From: a virus
Strand: one strand, 5' to 3'
DNA length: 64,000 bases
Virus record (IMG/VR): IMGVR_UViG_3300045988_075126
Coordinates: 32,001-96,000 of that record
Below the pieces are notes generated by a model, which ran no database searches, was not told where the DNA came from, and saw nothing but the letters and a program-made list of their open reading frames with translations. Each line of letters starts with the position of its first letter. Position 1 is the stretch's first letter. Position numbers and translations under genes: made by a program. Below are positions 49,581 through 58,364 of this stretch, in pieces.

Positions 49581-49880
49581 ATGGATAAGAATTTGAAGGA
49601 TGCTCTTTACGTTGAGCATGATGGCAAGATTGGCGTTTTAAGCTCAGATGAGCGCAAGGTGGTATCACAGGTTATCGGTACGGATTTGACGCTTGTGTAC
49701 GACAAGAAAGAGGGTGATACATACCTTTTGATACCATTGACCCGAAACCACAAGTTCGAGTGCAAAGGTAGCCACATTATCGTGGATGGAAAGCGGTTCG
49801 ATTCTGACATCTTTTTCCGCAAGGATGCTTGCCAATGGATTCAGATGCAATCTAAAGAAATGCTATCAATGGTAGCGTAA
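49581..49880 (+). CDS. hypothetical protein (paralog of 35772-36080 and 4246-4590)
   Basis: Internal ATG (MDKNLKDALYVEH) of ORF 49509-49880. The upstream part of the track ORF covers the leader motif. Confidence 0.6.
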   Translation: MDKNLKDALYVEHDGKIGVLSSDERKVVSQVIGTDLTLVYDKKEGDTYLLIPLTRNHKFECKGSHIIVDGKRFDSDIFFRKDACQWIQMQSKEMLSMVA

Positions 49881-49890
49881 CAATATATAA

Positions 49891-49926
49891 GGTGAGGCAC
49901 ACCGAAACAACTGCACATTATCTTTG
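49891..49926 (+). promoter_or_regulatory. leader hairpin motif copy followed by a -7 box (TATCTTTG 49919-49926)
   Basis: GGTGAGGCACACCGAAACAACTG (49891-49913), then TATCTTTG. A 25-codon Arg-rich ORF (49954-50031) follows. Confidence 0.45.
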
Positions 49927-50067
49927 ATGTTTAACAATTAAATTCCGTGAGCAATGGAAAGAAGAAGTAATGTGCAGCATCGTGCCACAATGGTTGGTCG
50001 TGCTGGCGAGGACAGAAGTCCTCCAAAGTAAAACAAACGTTAATGTTTTAAACAAAACACTAAAGCG

Positions 50068-50099
50068 TTTGCAAGTTAAAGAAAATAGCATTAACTTTG
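50068..50099 (+). promoter_or_regulatory. promoter (TTTG -33, TAACTTTG -7)
   Basis: AACACTAAAGCGTTTGCA-20 nt-TAACTTTGCAGCC. Same family layout as the other cassettes. Confidence 0.55.
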
Positions 50100-50240
50100 C
50101 AGCCGAAATAACAAGGTTGTGAAGTAAGGCGCACGACTGACTGACATTTGAACAATTTTACAAAATAAATATTTTCATTAGCTCCAAGCGTGGAGCTTCG
50201 TCATTCCGTTCATCGCCTTACATAAGTGGACGGTTGACAC

Positions 50241-50287
50241 AAGCCCTGTCCGCTCTTACCACATTAGCGGATGGGGCTTTTCGTTTC
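50241..50287 (+). terminator. terminator-like hairpin inside the leader of 50332-51210 (possible attenuator)
   Basis: AAGCCC-TG-TCCGCT (50241-54) / AGCGGA-TG-GGGCTT (50266-79), followed by TTCGTTT. Lies between promoter 50092 and ATG 50332. Confidence 0.45.
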
Positions 50288-50331
50288 CACCACAGCCAAA
50301 TATAATTATTAACAATTTAAATTTTAGGTAA

Positions 50332-51210
50332 ATGACATTAGAATTTAACAAAACTGATGTAAATGTAGAGGCTTTACCAGTAGTCTCAGAGTTCCTTAAC
50401 AATGAAAAGAGAGGTATTGAAGTTGTAGAGATTATCGAGCATGACGGCAAACAAGCCGTGAACGCAAGGGAGCTGCACCAAAAGTTGGGCAGTAAGCAAG
50501 ACTTTTCAACATGGATTAAAAATCGCATAGAAAAGTATGGATTCGTTGAAAATCAAGATTTTGAAGTTTTCCACAAAATTATGGAAAACTCAAATGGTGG
50601 TCGAAGTCGTATTGAGTATGCCTTATCTTTGGATATGGCAAAGGAGTTGTGTATGATTGAGAACAATGAGCAAGGTAGATTGTTCCGTAAGTACTTCATC
50701 GAAGTCGAGAAAGCTGCCAGAGTCAAGTACGAGCAGGAGAAGCTGGACAAGAAGGCTTCCGATTCCTTTGACATCAAGCTGAAGTGGTTGAACTTTCTTC
50801 CTGGTTATCTGAACCTCAGCGATGTTTCCAAATTGGCGATGGCTAAGAAAATTGCTGAACCATTAGGGTTGCCGACACCTGATTATGTGAGCGCACCGAA
50901 TGGTGCAAAGCATTCCGCTACGGAGTTATTGAAATCTCATGGTGTAGGCTTGTCTGCTCGAAAGTTCAATGAGTTGGCGGTAAAGGCAGGATTATTGAAA
51001 CTAAAAGAGCGCAAGGGTACGAACAAGGTACACAAGTATTGTGAGATTACCAAGAAAGGATTGGCTTATGGTGAGAACGACATCAACGAGAAGAATATGA
51101 ATCAAACACAACCACATTGGTATGATTCTAAATTTGGGGAGGTATTGGAAATCATCGGCTACAAGTCTTCCAGGCAAGTAGATATGTTTGCAAGCGGTGA
51201 GACACACTAA
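50332..51210 (+). CDS. antirepressor-like protein (AntA/ORF6N-type N-domain)
   Basis: VNARELHQKLGSKQDFSTWIKNRIEKYGFVENQDFEV matches the phage antirepressor N-terminal pattern. 292 aa. Confidence 0.65.
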   Translation: MTLEFNKTDVNVEALPVVSEFLNNEKRGIEVVEIIEHDGKQAVNARELHQKLGSKQDFSTWIKNRIEKYGFVENQDFEVFHKIMENSNGGRSRIEYALSLDMAKELCMIENNEQGRLFRKYFIEVEKAARVKYEQEKLDKKASDSFDIKLKWLNFLPGYLNLSDVSKLAMAKKIAEPLGLPTPDYVSAPNGAKHSATELLKSHGVGLSARKFNELAVKAGLLKLKERKGTNKVHKYCEITKKGLAYGENDINEKNMNQTQPHWYDSKFGEVLEIIGYKSSRQVDMFASGETH

Positions 51211-51218
51211 GACAACTG
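51196..51218 (+). promoter_or_regulatory. leader hairpin motif copy overlapping a stop codon
   Basis: GGTGAGACACACTAAGACAACTG spans the last codons and the TAA (51208-51210) of the antirepressor gene. Confidence 0.45.
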
Positions 51219-51245
51219 TAGTAATATTGATATATAATCGAGAAG

Positions 51246-51281
51246 GAGGGGAATGCGTGATGCACTCTCCTCTTTTTTTTA
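51246..51281 (+). terminator. probable intrinsic terminator
   Basis: GAGGGG/CTCCTC stem followed by an 8-nt T-run (51272-51280). Confidence 0.45.
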
Positions 51282-51339
51282 TGGTGATAGTTTTTGTTTT
51301 TCACAATATAGATAAGTGTTGTTAAACTGAGTGCTAATT

Positions 51340-51371
51340 TTTGGTAGAGTGGAATATAATAGCTATCTTTG
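51340..51371 (+). promoter_or_regulatory. promoter (TTTG -33, TATCTTTG -7)
   Basis: TTTG(51340-43)-20 nt-TATCTTTG(51364-71), 27 nt before ATG 51399. Confidence 0.55.
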
Positions 51372-51398
51372 TGGTCGAATATTAAAACTTATAAGGAT

Positions 51399-52295
51399 AT
51401 GAAGATATTAGAACCGAAATACGAAATCCTATCCCAAGGTGAGGGTATGGATGGAGTTTACAAGCAGATAGAGCTATGTGGTCGCACTTGCTATGCGTCA
51501 ACTATGAAGATAGACAAAGACAGCGCAAAGCCTTTCGTTGAGCGTATGATGAACTCAACGCACTATGCTGTGTTGGAGCATGGAACAATCTATCTCCATG
51601 TTGCTTACGATAACGAGTTCTTTGTACCGGAGTCTTTATTGGTCAAGCACTATCGTGAGAACAAGTATTCCAAGGTGATGCAGATAGGTAACGATTACTA
51701 TATTACGACCAACTACAGAGTGATAGTAGAGAATGAATGGTTTGATGATTTGGACTATATCTGCGAGCCTACGGAATGGCATGAGAAGCGAATAACCGTC
51801 CGCTTTACTACTCAGATTGCGGTAAGTAGAGAGGCTAACAGACATCGTGTAGATTCCGTAGCGGAACAAAGCACCCGATATTGCAACTATAGTAAAGATA
51901 AGTTCGGAGGAGAGATTGCTATCAACAAGCCAAAGTGGGTTAGCGAAGATTATGCGGTTAATCCATCGTCTTTTGATGGTGGAACATTTGTTGACCTATC
52001 AAAGAACATCGGTAGTTATGAGCATTGGAGTCCGGTAGAAAAATGGTGGTTTGCCAATAGAGTATGTGAAATGATGTATTTGTCTTTGGTTAAGGATGAT
52101 GGTTTAAAGCCACAAGATGCGAGAACTATTCTTCCTCTTGATACCAACACGGAGTTGATTCATACCGCATTCGTGAGTGATTGGCTTCATTTCTTCGATT
52201 TGCGATCAAAAGGAACTACTGGAAAGCCTCATCCAGATATTGAGGTCTTGGCAACCCCATTGATGAATGAGTTCAAGGAACGAGGTTTGATTTAA
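51399..52295 (+). CDS. thyX: FAD-dependent thymidylate synthase ThyX
   Basis: ThyX signature SREANRHRVDSVAEQSTRY (RHR...S..QS.RY). Start moved to the ATG downstream of the promoter. Confidence 0.85.
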   Translation: MKILEPKYEILSQGEGMDGVYKQIELCGRTCYASTMKIDKDSAKPFVERMMNSTHYAVLEHGTIYLHVAYDNEFFVPESLLVKHYRENKYSKVMQIGNDYYITTNYRVIVENEWFDDLDYICEPTEWHEKRITVRFTTQIAVSREANRHRVDSVAEQSTRYCNYSKDKFGGEIAINKPKWVSEDYAVNPSSFDGGTFVDLSKNIGSYEHWSPVEKWWFANRVCEMMYLSLVKDDGLKPQDARTILPLDTNTELIHTAFVSDWLHFFDLRSKGTTGKPHPDIEVLATPLMNEFKERGLI

Positions 52296-52301
52296 TCGCT
52301 T

Positions 52302-52772
52302 ATGAAGAAGAAAGCCAAGCAAATAGCCAATGTGATGAGCAATGACTCTTTGGAGGTTGTTGCTCAGATGATTGTTGATGAGGCTAAAGGTGTGCGCTAT
52401 GAAGTGTATGCTGATGGCTCTAGTAAGAACAACAAGTGTGGTTGCGGTTGGCTTGTGCTTCATAAGGGAGCGATTATCAATAGTGGGAAATATACATTTA
52501 TCACAGCCAAAGTGAACGATTCGGTGAGAGCCGAAATAAGGGCGGTCATTCAAGCATTGGGTGATTGCCCTCCTTTGTGTTCTGTTGATGTATATGTGGA
52601 TTGCCAAGTGGCTATAGAGAGAATACAGGCTTGCAAGTTAGGAGACTTACAGCCTATATATAATAAGGTAGCGAAAGGCAAGGTGATAAGATACCATTGG
52701 GTTAAGGCTCATAGAGGTAATATGTATAACGAAATGGTGGATTCTTTGGCTTTTTCTGCTACAGAAAGTTAA
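52302..52772 (+). CDS. rnhA: RNase HI
   Basis: VYADGSS, VRAEIRAVIQAL, VDVYVDCQVA, HWVKAHRGNMYNEMVDSLA: RNase H1 D-E-D-(H)-D order. Confidence 0.75.
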   Translation: MKKKAKQIANVMSNDSLEVVAQMIVDEAKGVRYEVYADGSSKNNKCGCGWLVLHKGAIINSGKYTFITAKVNDSVRAEIRAVIQALGDCPPLCSVDVYVDCQVAIERIQACKLGDLQPIYNKVAKGKVIRYHWVKAHRGNMYNEMVDSLAFSATES

Positions 52773-52827
52773 TTTTGTGCCTACATATATAATAAGCGTT
52801 AAAATATAAAAGAAATACATTAAATAA

Positions 52828-52918
52828 TTTGCATATTTCAATAATTCTTTGTATCTTTGCATCGTAATTAAGAAACAAGGTTACTAATTTTAAAAGGTGA
52901 GACACACCGTAAAAACTG
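52828..52918 (+). promoter_or_regulatory. promoter-leader cassette (TTTG -33, TATCTTTG -7 at 52852-52859, hairpin motif 52896-52918)
   Basis: About 90% identical to 22839-22959. GGTGAGACACACCGTAAAAACTG sits 9 nt before ATG 52928. Confidence 0.7.
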
Positions 52919-52927
52919 TGATTCGTT

Positions 52928-53149
52928 ATGAATACTAGATTGAGTAAGAAAGAGACAATGGTTTATGGCAACATCGGAGTGATGGCTGACGTAATCGGAG
53001 GTAATAAGTACTTCACTTTTGCAGATTTGTATGATTTCGATTTGGATAATACCAAGGATGAGTTGAAAGAAATATTAAATTCTTTGACCGAAAAGGGTTA
53101 TCTGAAGAGTTTTAATGATTTCGATAAAACTTATCGAGTTTTGAAGTAA
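52928..53149 (+). CDS. hypothetical protein
   Basis: ORF track, 73 aa. Confidence 0.55.
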   Translation: MNTRLSKKETMVYGNIGVMADVIGGNKYFTFADLYDFDLDNTKDELKEILNSLTEKGYLKSFNDFDKTYRVLK

Positions 53150-53157
53150 GAACAATA

Positions 53158-53178
53158 AAGGGGATATAAAATCCCCTT
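53158..53178 (+). terminator. hairpin terminator candidate
   Basis: AAGGGGAT(53158-65)/ATCCCCTT(53171-78), 9 nt after the stop. Confidence 0.4.
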
Positions 53179-53195
53179 ACATTATAAATTTAGAA

Positions 53196-53216
53196 CGTGA
53201 GACACACGTAAAACTG
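53196..53216 (+). promoter_or_regulatory. leader hairpin motif copy (CGTG variant)
   Basis: CGTGAGACACACGTAAAACTG, 10 nt before ATG 53227. Confidence 0.5.
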
Positions 53217-53226
53217 TATTGAAAAA

Positions 53227-53310
53227 ATGAAAAAGGTATTCACGATTGAGAATGCATTAACGCTTTTGTTTGCTCTTGAAATAGTATCATTAATATTTTT
53301 TCTAGGATAG
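53227..53310 (+). CDS. hypothetical 27-aa hydrophobic peptide
   Basis: MKKVFTIENALTLLFALEIVSLIFFLG. Called only because it sits at the canonical distance from the leader motif. Confidence 0.3.
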   Translation: MKKVFTIENALTLLFALEIVSLIFFLG

Positions 53311-53315
53311 GGCTT

Positions 53316-53534
53316 ATGCAGATTAAGTTTGGTAAGATAAAGTTTACTGCGGCTAAGTCTGAAAAAGGATGCCGTTTTGATGCTTGCTACAAAGGTGAGC
53401 ATGTGGCTTTTGAGAGTGAAGATATGTCTTTGTATGATGATGTCTTTTCTGCTAATAATAGAAGAGCAAAGGCTGCAAAGAGGGTGATTTACGAGAATAT
53501 AAAGCACAAGTATTATGAATGTCATAGAGATTAG
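53316..53534 (+). CDS. hypothetical protein
   Basis: ORF track, 72 aa. Confidence 0.5.
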   Translation: MQIKFGKIKFTAAKSEKGCRFDACYKGEHVAFESEDMSLYDDVFSANNRRAKAAKRVIYENIKHKYYECHRD

Positions 53535-53949
53535 CGACTTTAACGCTGCTGATGAATTTGTTGTTGAGGCAATGATGCATGATGGCAAATTCAAGGTAAT
53601 AGGCAAGGTTATCACGGATAATAATCTTCTGAATGATGATGATTTGGAAACCATCTGGGATTATGCCAACTGGGAGACGAACGGCTATGAAAAGATGGTT
53701 GTCTCTAATGGAGTGTACAAAGGCTTGAAAGCATTCAGCGATGGGCGTTTGTTCTATGTTATCACAGATGATGAGACTGGAGTGGTAAACGACAATATCA
53801 TGGTACGTAAGCATTACGATGTCAACAATGGCTATTATATTAAGTCTTCAAGGTTACACAAGGAGCTATCCAAGGATTTGTGGTGCTTCGGTAGCCGTGA
53901 GACTATTGAGAACGAATATAAGTCTAACCCATTTATTTGTGGTAAGTGA
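53515..53949 (+). CDS. hypothetical protein
   Basis: ORF track, 144 aa. Confidence 0.6.
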   Translation: MNVIEISDFNAADEFVVEAMMHDGKFKVIGKVITDNNLLNDDDLETIWDYANWETNGYEKMVVSNGVYKGLKAFSDGRLFYVITDDETGVVNDNIMVRKHYDVNNGYYIKSSRLHKELSKDLWCFGSRETIENEYKSNPFICGK

Positions 53950-54203
53950 TGGCAAAAAAGATTAATCATGTTAAGCCTTCATTTATTGAAGGCGGTGAAG
54001 TCTGGCATGATATTGATAAGTTCCCGATGCTAGACCATACAATTCTAGTAGAGTTGCAGGTAAAAGGCTCAGACGGATTGATTTACCGGACGCAAGATGT
54101 ATGTGTTGAGCGTGCGGATAGGTTCGTACCTACGATGTCTTTTGTTCCTAAGCGTTGGGCGTACGCAATAGACTTAGCTCAATGTAAGCAACTTGAAGGA
54201 TAA
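53946..54203 (+). CDS. hypothetical protein (DUF551-like)
   Basis: 85 aa. VWHDIDKFPMLDHTILVEL. Confidence 0.55.
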   Translation: MMAKKINHVKPSFIEGGEVWHDIDKFPMLDHTILVELQVKGSDGLIYRTQDVCVERADRFVPTMSFVPKRWAYAIDLAQCKQLEG

Positions 54204-54232
54204 AAACAAAATACAAAATTAAGAATTAGCAT

Positions 54233-54583
54233 ATGGAAGAATCAAGAGGTGTTTACACATTACCTGTCTTGTATAATGAACAAAGTGGTAGAAATGAAGG
54301 TGTATGTGTTAGAAGTGAACTTGGAGTAGTTGTTGCAATTGACAATGAAGATGAGTTTAAAGGTGTTTTTTCAAAGGATGGTGAGATTGATGTATTCAAG
54401 CAGTTACTATCACAAGAAGTGTATCGTTTCAACACAGAACACCATGCATTCCCAACTGAACCTTTGATTTCTTACAAGATGGATGGCGACATTATCTTTG
54501 ATTTCGTTGAAGTAACAATCGGAAAGATGTATGGCGGTTATGTTTATATCGTGCATTACAACTTTGCAAGCACGGCATCATAA
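54233..54583 (+). CDS. hypothetical protein
   Basis: ORF track, 116 aa. Confidence 0.6.
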   Translation: MEESRGVYTLPVLYNEQSGRNEGVCVRSELGVVVAIDNEDEFKGVFSKDGEIDVFKQLLSQEVYRFNTEHHAFPTEPLISYKMDGDIIFDFVEVTIGKMYGGYVYIVHYNFASTAS

Positions 54584-54598
54584 TAAACAAGTTTGATT

Positions 54599-54733
54599 AT
54601 GACAATAGTAAGAGAAAGATTAAAAATTGTGGCTCAGATTGAGGTGCTGGAAGATATTGCTATTGATTATAGGGGAAAGACTATAGATAACATCATCCAA
54701 CAGCTAGAAGCGAGGTTGACTGCGTTGAAGTAA
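54599..54733 (+). CDS. hypothetical small protein (44 aa)
   Basis: Fills the gap between flanking genes. Helical composition. Below the track cutoff. Confidence 0.35.
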   Translation: MTIVRERLKIVAQIEVLEDIAIDYRGKTIDNIIQQLEARLTALK

Positions 54734-54757
54734 GTTCAAGTTTGAAATTAAAAGTCT

Positions 54758-55114
54758 ATGAGTGGAGGACGTTTTGATTATGCTCAGTATAGGATTGCTG
54801 ACATATATACAAAGATAGAAGATTATGTTGATGGTCATCCGTTGGATGAGGAAGACGAAAGATGCTTTCTCGAAGACCGATGGTTAGAAGAGGATGAAGA
54901 CAAGTATGTTAGAAAACATCATCATACGATGCCTAATAGATATGGCTTATCTAAAAAGACTATCAAGGAATTCAAAAAGGGTATTGAACTTCTGAAGAAA
55001 GCTCAGGTTTATGCCCAAAGAATTGATTGGCTTCTTTCCGGTGATGATGGAGAAGATAATTTCCATCTACGTTTGAAAGAGGATTTGGCAAATTTAAAAA
55101 GTAAGAAAGGATAG
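54758..55114 (+). CDS. hypothetical protein
   Basis: ORF track, 118 aa. Confidence 0.6.
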   Translation: MSGGRFDYAQYRIADIYTKIEDYVDGHPLDEEDERCFLEDRWLEEDEDKYVRKHHHTMPNRYGLSKKTIKEFKKGIELLKKAQVYAQRIDWLLSGDDGEDNFHLRLKEDLANLKSKKG

Positions 55115-55117
55115 ATT

Positions 55118-55615
55118 ATGAGTTGGAATTATCGCTTAGATACACCTATGATGCAATTAGCTGAAGAGGTGAACAAGAAATATGATACTGATGCAGGTAA
55201 GATGCTTCTTTGCACTTATCTCTTCATGGTATCAAGTGAAGAGGTCAAGGATAAGAAGGCATTCTTCGATTGGGTAGAAGAATTGAGTAAGTCTAGCAAG
55301 TGTGATGCGGTAAGGGAGTACGTGAAAATCAACGGAAAAGCCGATTGGCTGCATGGTGGATTCAGTAAGCCGATTTACCGACACTATAAGGGCAATTTCT
55401 ATGAGTACCTTGGTGAGGTTACTGATAGCGAGACTTCTGAAGCTAAGGTTGCATATCAAGCAGTGTGCGGACAGCATGAGGTTTGGGTACGACCAAAGGA
55501 AATGTTCTTTGGAAATGTTGAGGTTGATGGTAAGTCAGTTCCTCGATTTGATAAGGTAGATTTAAAAGACTTAGAGAAACAAACCGAGAAGAGCAATGGA
55601 CAGAAAAAAGATTAA
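55118..55615 (+). CDS. hypothetical protein with C-terminal DUF1653-like segment
   Basis: YRHYKGNFYEYLGEVTDSETSEAKVAYQAV.G.HEVWVRPKEMF resembles the DUF1653 pattern. From memory. Confidence 0.55.
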   Translation: MSWNYRLDTPMMQLAEEVNKKYDTDAGKMLLCTYLFMVSSEEVKDKKAFFDWVEELSKSSKCDAVREYVKINGKADWLHGGFSKPIYRHYKGNFYEYLGEVTDSETSEAKVAYQAVCGQHEVWVRPKEMFFGNVEVDGKSVPRFDKVDLKDLEKQTEKSNGQKKD

Positions 55616-55922
55616 GAGCTTGTTAGGTCTAGCAATCTTGCGAGTGAATGAAGTCGTACCAGATTTCGAAGACTTGGATAAGGTTCTTCCTTTGCTAGAA
55701 CAAGCATATGATGAAGCGGATAAGTCGGATTGGATTTCTGTAAAGGAGCGTTTGCCGGAGTTTGAAGAAGAAGTTCTTGTTACTAATGAAGAGAATAAGG
55801 AAATTTGGTTTTGTCATCGAAGTAATAACCCGTCAGTAATAACCGCAGAGTATAAGTTTTGTAATTACATGTTGATGCCAGTAACGCATTGGCAAGATAT
55901 TAAAAAGTTGGATAATGGCTAA
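55596..55922 (+). CDS. hypothetical protein (DUF551-like)
   Basis: 108 aa. DWISVKERLPEFEEEVLV. Confidence 0.55.
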   Translation: MDRKKIKSLLGLAILRVNEVVPDFEDLDKVLPLLEQAYDEADKSDWISVKERLPEFEEEVLVTNEENKEIWFCHRSNNPSVITAEYKFCNYMLMPVTHWQDIKKLDNG

Positions 55923-56448
55923 TAAACAGACGATAAAACCAAAGGTAGTTCCCTTTGAGATAGCCAAGTTTCTGAAGGAGGTTGGCTATGATGAGAAGAT
56001 AGCCGAATTTTGGGCTTATGCCAGCCCTTGGACAGCAAAGGGTGGTGTTCGTAAGGGTGGAAAATATAGTGAGCATTATGGCAGTTATATTGCTTACTCA
56101 AATTCCGAGTGGGAGAAATCCAATATTGAGTTTTCTGCTGCCTTAAAGTTGAATAGTAAGCATCCGGCAATATCCGCTCCAAGCTATGATATGGTGTTAG
56201 ATTGGCTTTTAGAGCATTTCGGTTACTATATTTGTGTTGCAAACATTTCGAAAGGTAAGTTTTGTTGGCAAACTACATCATGGTGTGTAGAGGAAGGCTT
56301 GTGTCATACGGATGGTAAGGAATATTCCAGTAGATACGAGGCAATGGATGCCGCTTTCAAGAGTATCTTAAAGGCTCGCATTGAGAATAAAGATAACGAG
56401 GTAATCAAAAGACTTTCGGAGGAAATACAAGATGGAAAGACTTTATGA
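55915..56448 (+). CDS. hypothetical protein
   Basis: ORF track, 177 aa. Confidence 0.6.
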   Translation: MANKQTIKPKVVPFEIAKFLKEVGYDEKIAEFWAYASPWTAKGGVRKGGKYSEHYGSYIAYSNSEWEKSNIEFSAALKLNSKHPAISAPSYDMVLDWLLEHFGYYICVANISKGKFCWQTTSWCVEEGLCHTDGKEYSSRYEAMDAAFKSILKARIENKDNEVIKRLSEEIQDGKTL

Positions 56449-56767
56449 TACTTTTGTACACGCAATAATGATGAAGTTAGAAGCTCGTTTATGTTCTGAA
56501 CTCGAATGTGTTTATAAGAATATAACAAACAAAATTGTTGAGAAGAAAGGTAAACTCACCAACGAAGACGTAATTGAGTTTCAGAAAAAACTACAGGAGG
56601 TGTACGACACGGATGCTGATATTCGTGAACAGATTATTGGTATTAAAGATTCCAAGAAGTGCATCTTAACTAAAGAAGCATGTGAAGAGTTAATAAAGAG
56701 ACTTAGCGTGATTAATATAAAAGAAGATGAACAAGCAAAGAATGATAGAGTGGGTATCCACTTGTGA
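56432..56767 (+). CDS. hypothetical protein
   Basis: ORF track, 111 aa. Confidence 0.55.
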   Translation: MERLYDTFVHAIMMKLEARLCSELECVYKNITNKIVEKKGKLTNEDVIEFQKKLQEVYDTDADIREQIIGIKDSKKCILTKEACEELIKRLSVINIKEDEQAKNDRVGIHL

Positions 56768-57101
56768 TACAGGTATCTCTTCAATGACTATGTGGAGTGC
56801 ATTGATGGGTGTAAAGCGAAAGAAAGATTTGAATATTCCTAAAGACAATAGTGACTTCCGTAGATGCTATGACATGGTAGAATACGGACACGTAACCTTG
56901 GATGAGCTACAGGTTGTAAAGAAGCAATATTCTTGGTTTGCTCCTTTTGTTGATAACTGGAAGGAATTGTCTCTTTTGTTTGAAGAAGAGCTGGCAAACG
57001 CTTGTATATGCGTATTCGTCAGCTATGTGAAGAGTCAGATGCTATCCGGTATGAGAAAAAGGGAGAACTTTATTATGAGAGGAATTTTTGGTATAATATA
57101 A
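56727..57101 (+). CDS. hypothetical protein
   Basis: ORF track, 124 aa. Start uncertain (41-nt overlap with the upstream gene). Confidence 0.5.
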   Translation: MNKQRMIEWVSTCDTGISSMTMWSALMGVKRKKDLNIPKDNSDFRRCYDMVEYGHVTLDELQVVKKQYSWFAPFVDNWKELSLLFEEELANACICVFVSYVKSQMLSGMRKRENFIMRGIFGII

Positions 57102-57120
57102 CACAATAATCAAATTAAGA

Positions 57121-57945
57121 ATGAAGAAAATTATCTTAATGTTTTGTTTTGCGATACTCGGCATGAGTGCGCTTACAAGTTGTCATTCGGTTTCTCCCGA
57201 TGCAGACGAAGAAGCCGTAATCGTAAAGAAGCCTTGGTTTATTGGGCATGGAGGTGTTGAACAGCAAGCAGTGCAGACTGGTCTCACTTGGTGTTGGTGG
57301 TCAACGAGTGGTTATTACTTCAAGATTGTTCCAGTCCGTCATGAGATTACCTTAGATGATTTGTTTAGTGACGATAACACGCCACTTGACTTCCATACTG
57401 TAATCATTACTCAGATTGAGCAAGGCAAGTCCCCAATTCTTTTGCAGAATTATGGAGAGAAATGGTTTGATACTAATCTCAACAATTATTTCTGCAATCT
57501 GGTTCGAGACCATATTTCTCAGCATTCCCCATTTGACTTGATGTCGAATCGGCAAGTGCTTAATCAGATTGACACCAAGATACGCAAGCAGATGCAGGAC
57601 TATGTGAATGCTCTATCAAAGAAAAAGCAGATGCCTATCATCATAAAGGAGGTTATCATTGGTAAAGCTACACCAAACAAGGAACAGCTTAATGAAATGA
57701 ACCGCACGGCAAAGGTCGTGCAAGCCAAGCAGACACAAGAACGTGAATATGAAGTGCAGATAGCAAGAGAAAAGGCTGAGCGACAAAAGGCAAAGGCAGA
57801 TAAGGCATATATGGAAGAAATGAACCTTTCCGCTGGTCAGTTTATCAACCTTAAGTGGATTGAAACAGTAGCAAATAAGCAAGGAGCAAATATTGATGTT
57901 ATGGTTGGCCCTGCTGAAAGCATGTGGAATATAAGACGCAATTAA
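57121..57945 (+). CDS. lipoprotein, possible SPFH/band-7-like domain
   Basis: MKKIILMFCFAILGMSALTSCHS (lipobox LTSC). C-terminal charged coiled coil (QTQEREYEVQIAREKAERQKAKADKAY), typical of SPFH proteins. Domain call tentative. Confidence 0.55.
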   Translation: MKKIILMFCFAILGMSALTSCHSVSPDADEEAVIVKKPWFIGHGGVEQQAVQTGLTWCWWSTSGYYFKIVPVRHEITLDDLFSDDNTPLDFHTVIITQIEQGKSPILLQNYGEKWFDTNLNNYFCNLVRDHISQHSPFDLMSNRQVLNQIDTKIRKQMQDYVNALSKKKQMPIIIKEVIIGKATPNKEQLNEMNRTAKVVQAKQTQEREYEVQIAREKAERQKAKADKAYMEEMNLSAGQFINLKWIETVANKQGANIDVMVGPAESMWNIRRN

Positions 57946-57971
57946 TTAATTTATAAATCAAGTAAACAGAA

Positions 57972-58325
57972 ATGAATAAAGACAAATTAAAGGTCAGTTT
58001 TGAGATTGATCGTTACAAGGTGATTGGTATGCTCTCACGAAATTGTGAGAATGCTGAAGAGTACAATGAGATTATGGGTATTCTTGAAGACAAGAATGAG
58101 TTTGTGCGTGATGCGAATGGTAACGAGGAGCTTGCAAGCCGCATTTGCAATTATGCTTTAGACTCTATCTTGGTTGAGAATCCAGATTTGGCTCTCCGTA
58201 AGCGTTTGGATAAGGAACAGAAAGGCGAGGATGCTCCTGATGTTTCAAATGTTATCGAAATTAAAGGTGATGACGCAAAGAAACTTGTAGAAACCCTTTG
58301 CGGTATTCTCCGCAAGGATAAGTGA
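57972..58325 (+). CDS. hypothetical protein
   Basis: ORF track, 117 aa. Confidence 0.6.
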   Translation: MNKDKLKVSFEIDRYKVIGMLSRNCENAEEYNEIMGILEDKNEFVRDANGNEELASRICNYALDSILVENPDLALRKRLDKEQKGEDAPDVSNVIEIKGDDAKKLVETLCGILRKDK

Positions 58326-58364
58326 TGTGAAATTCATCAAAAGAATATAAATAAACACTAAAAC

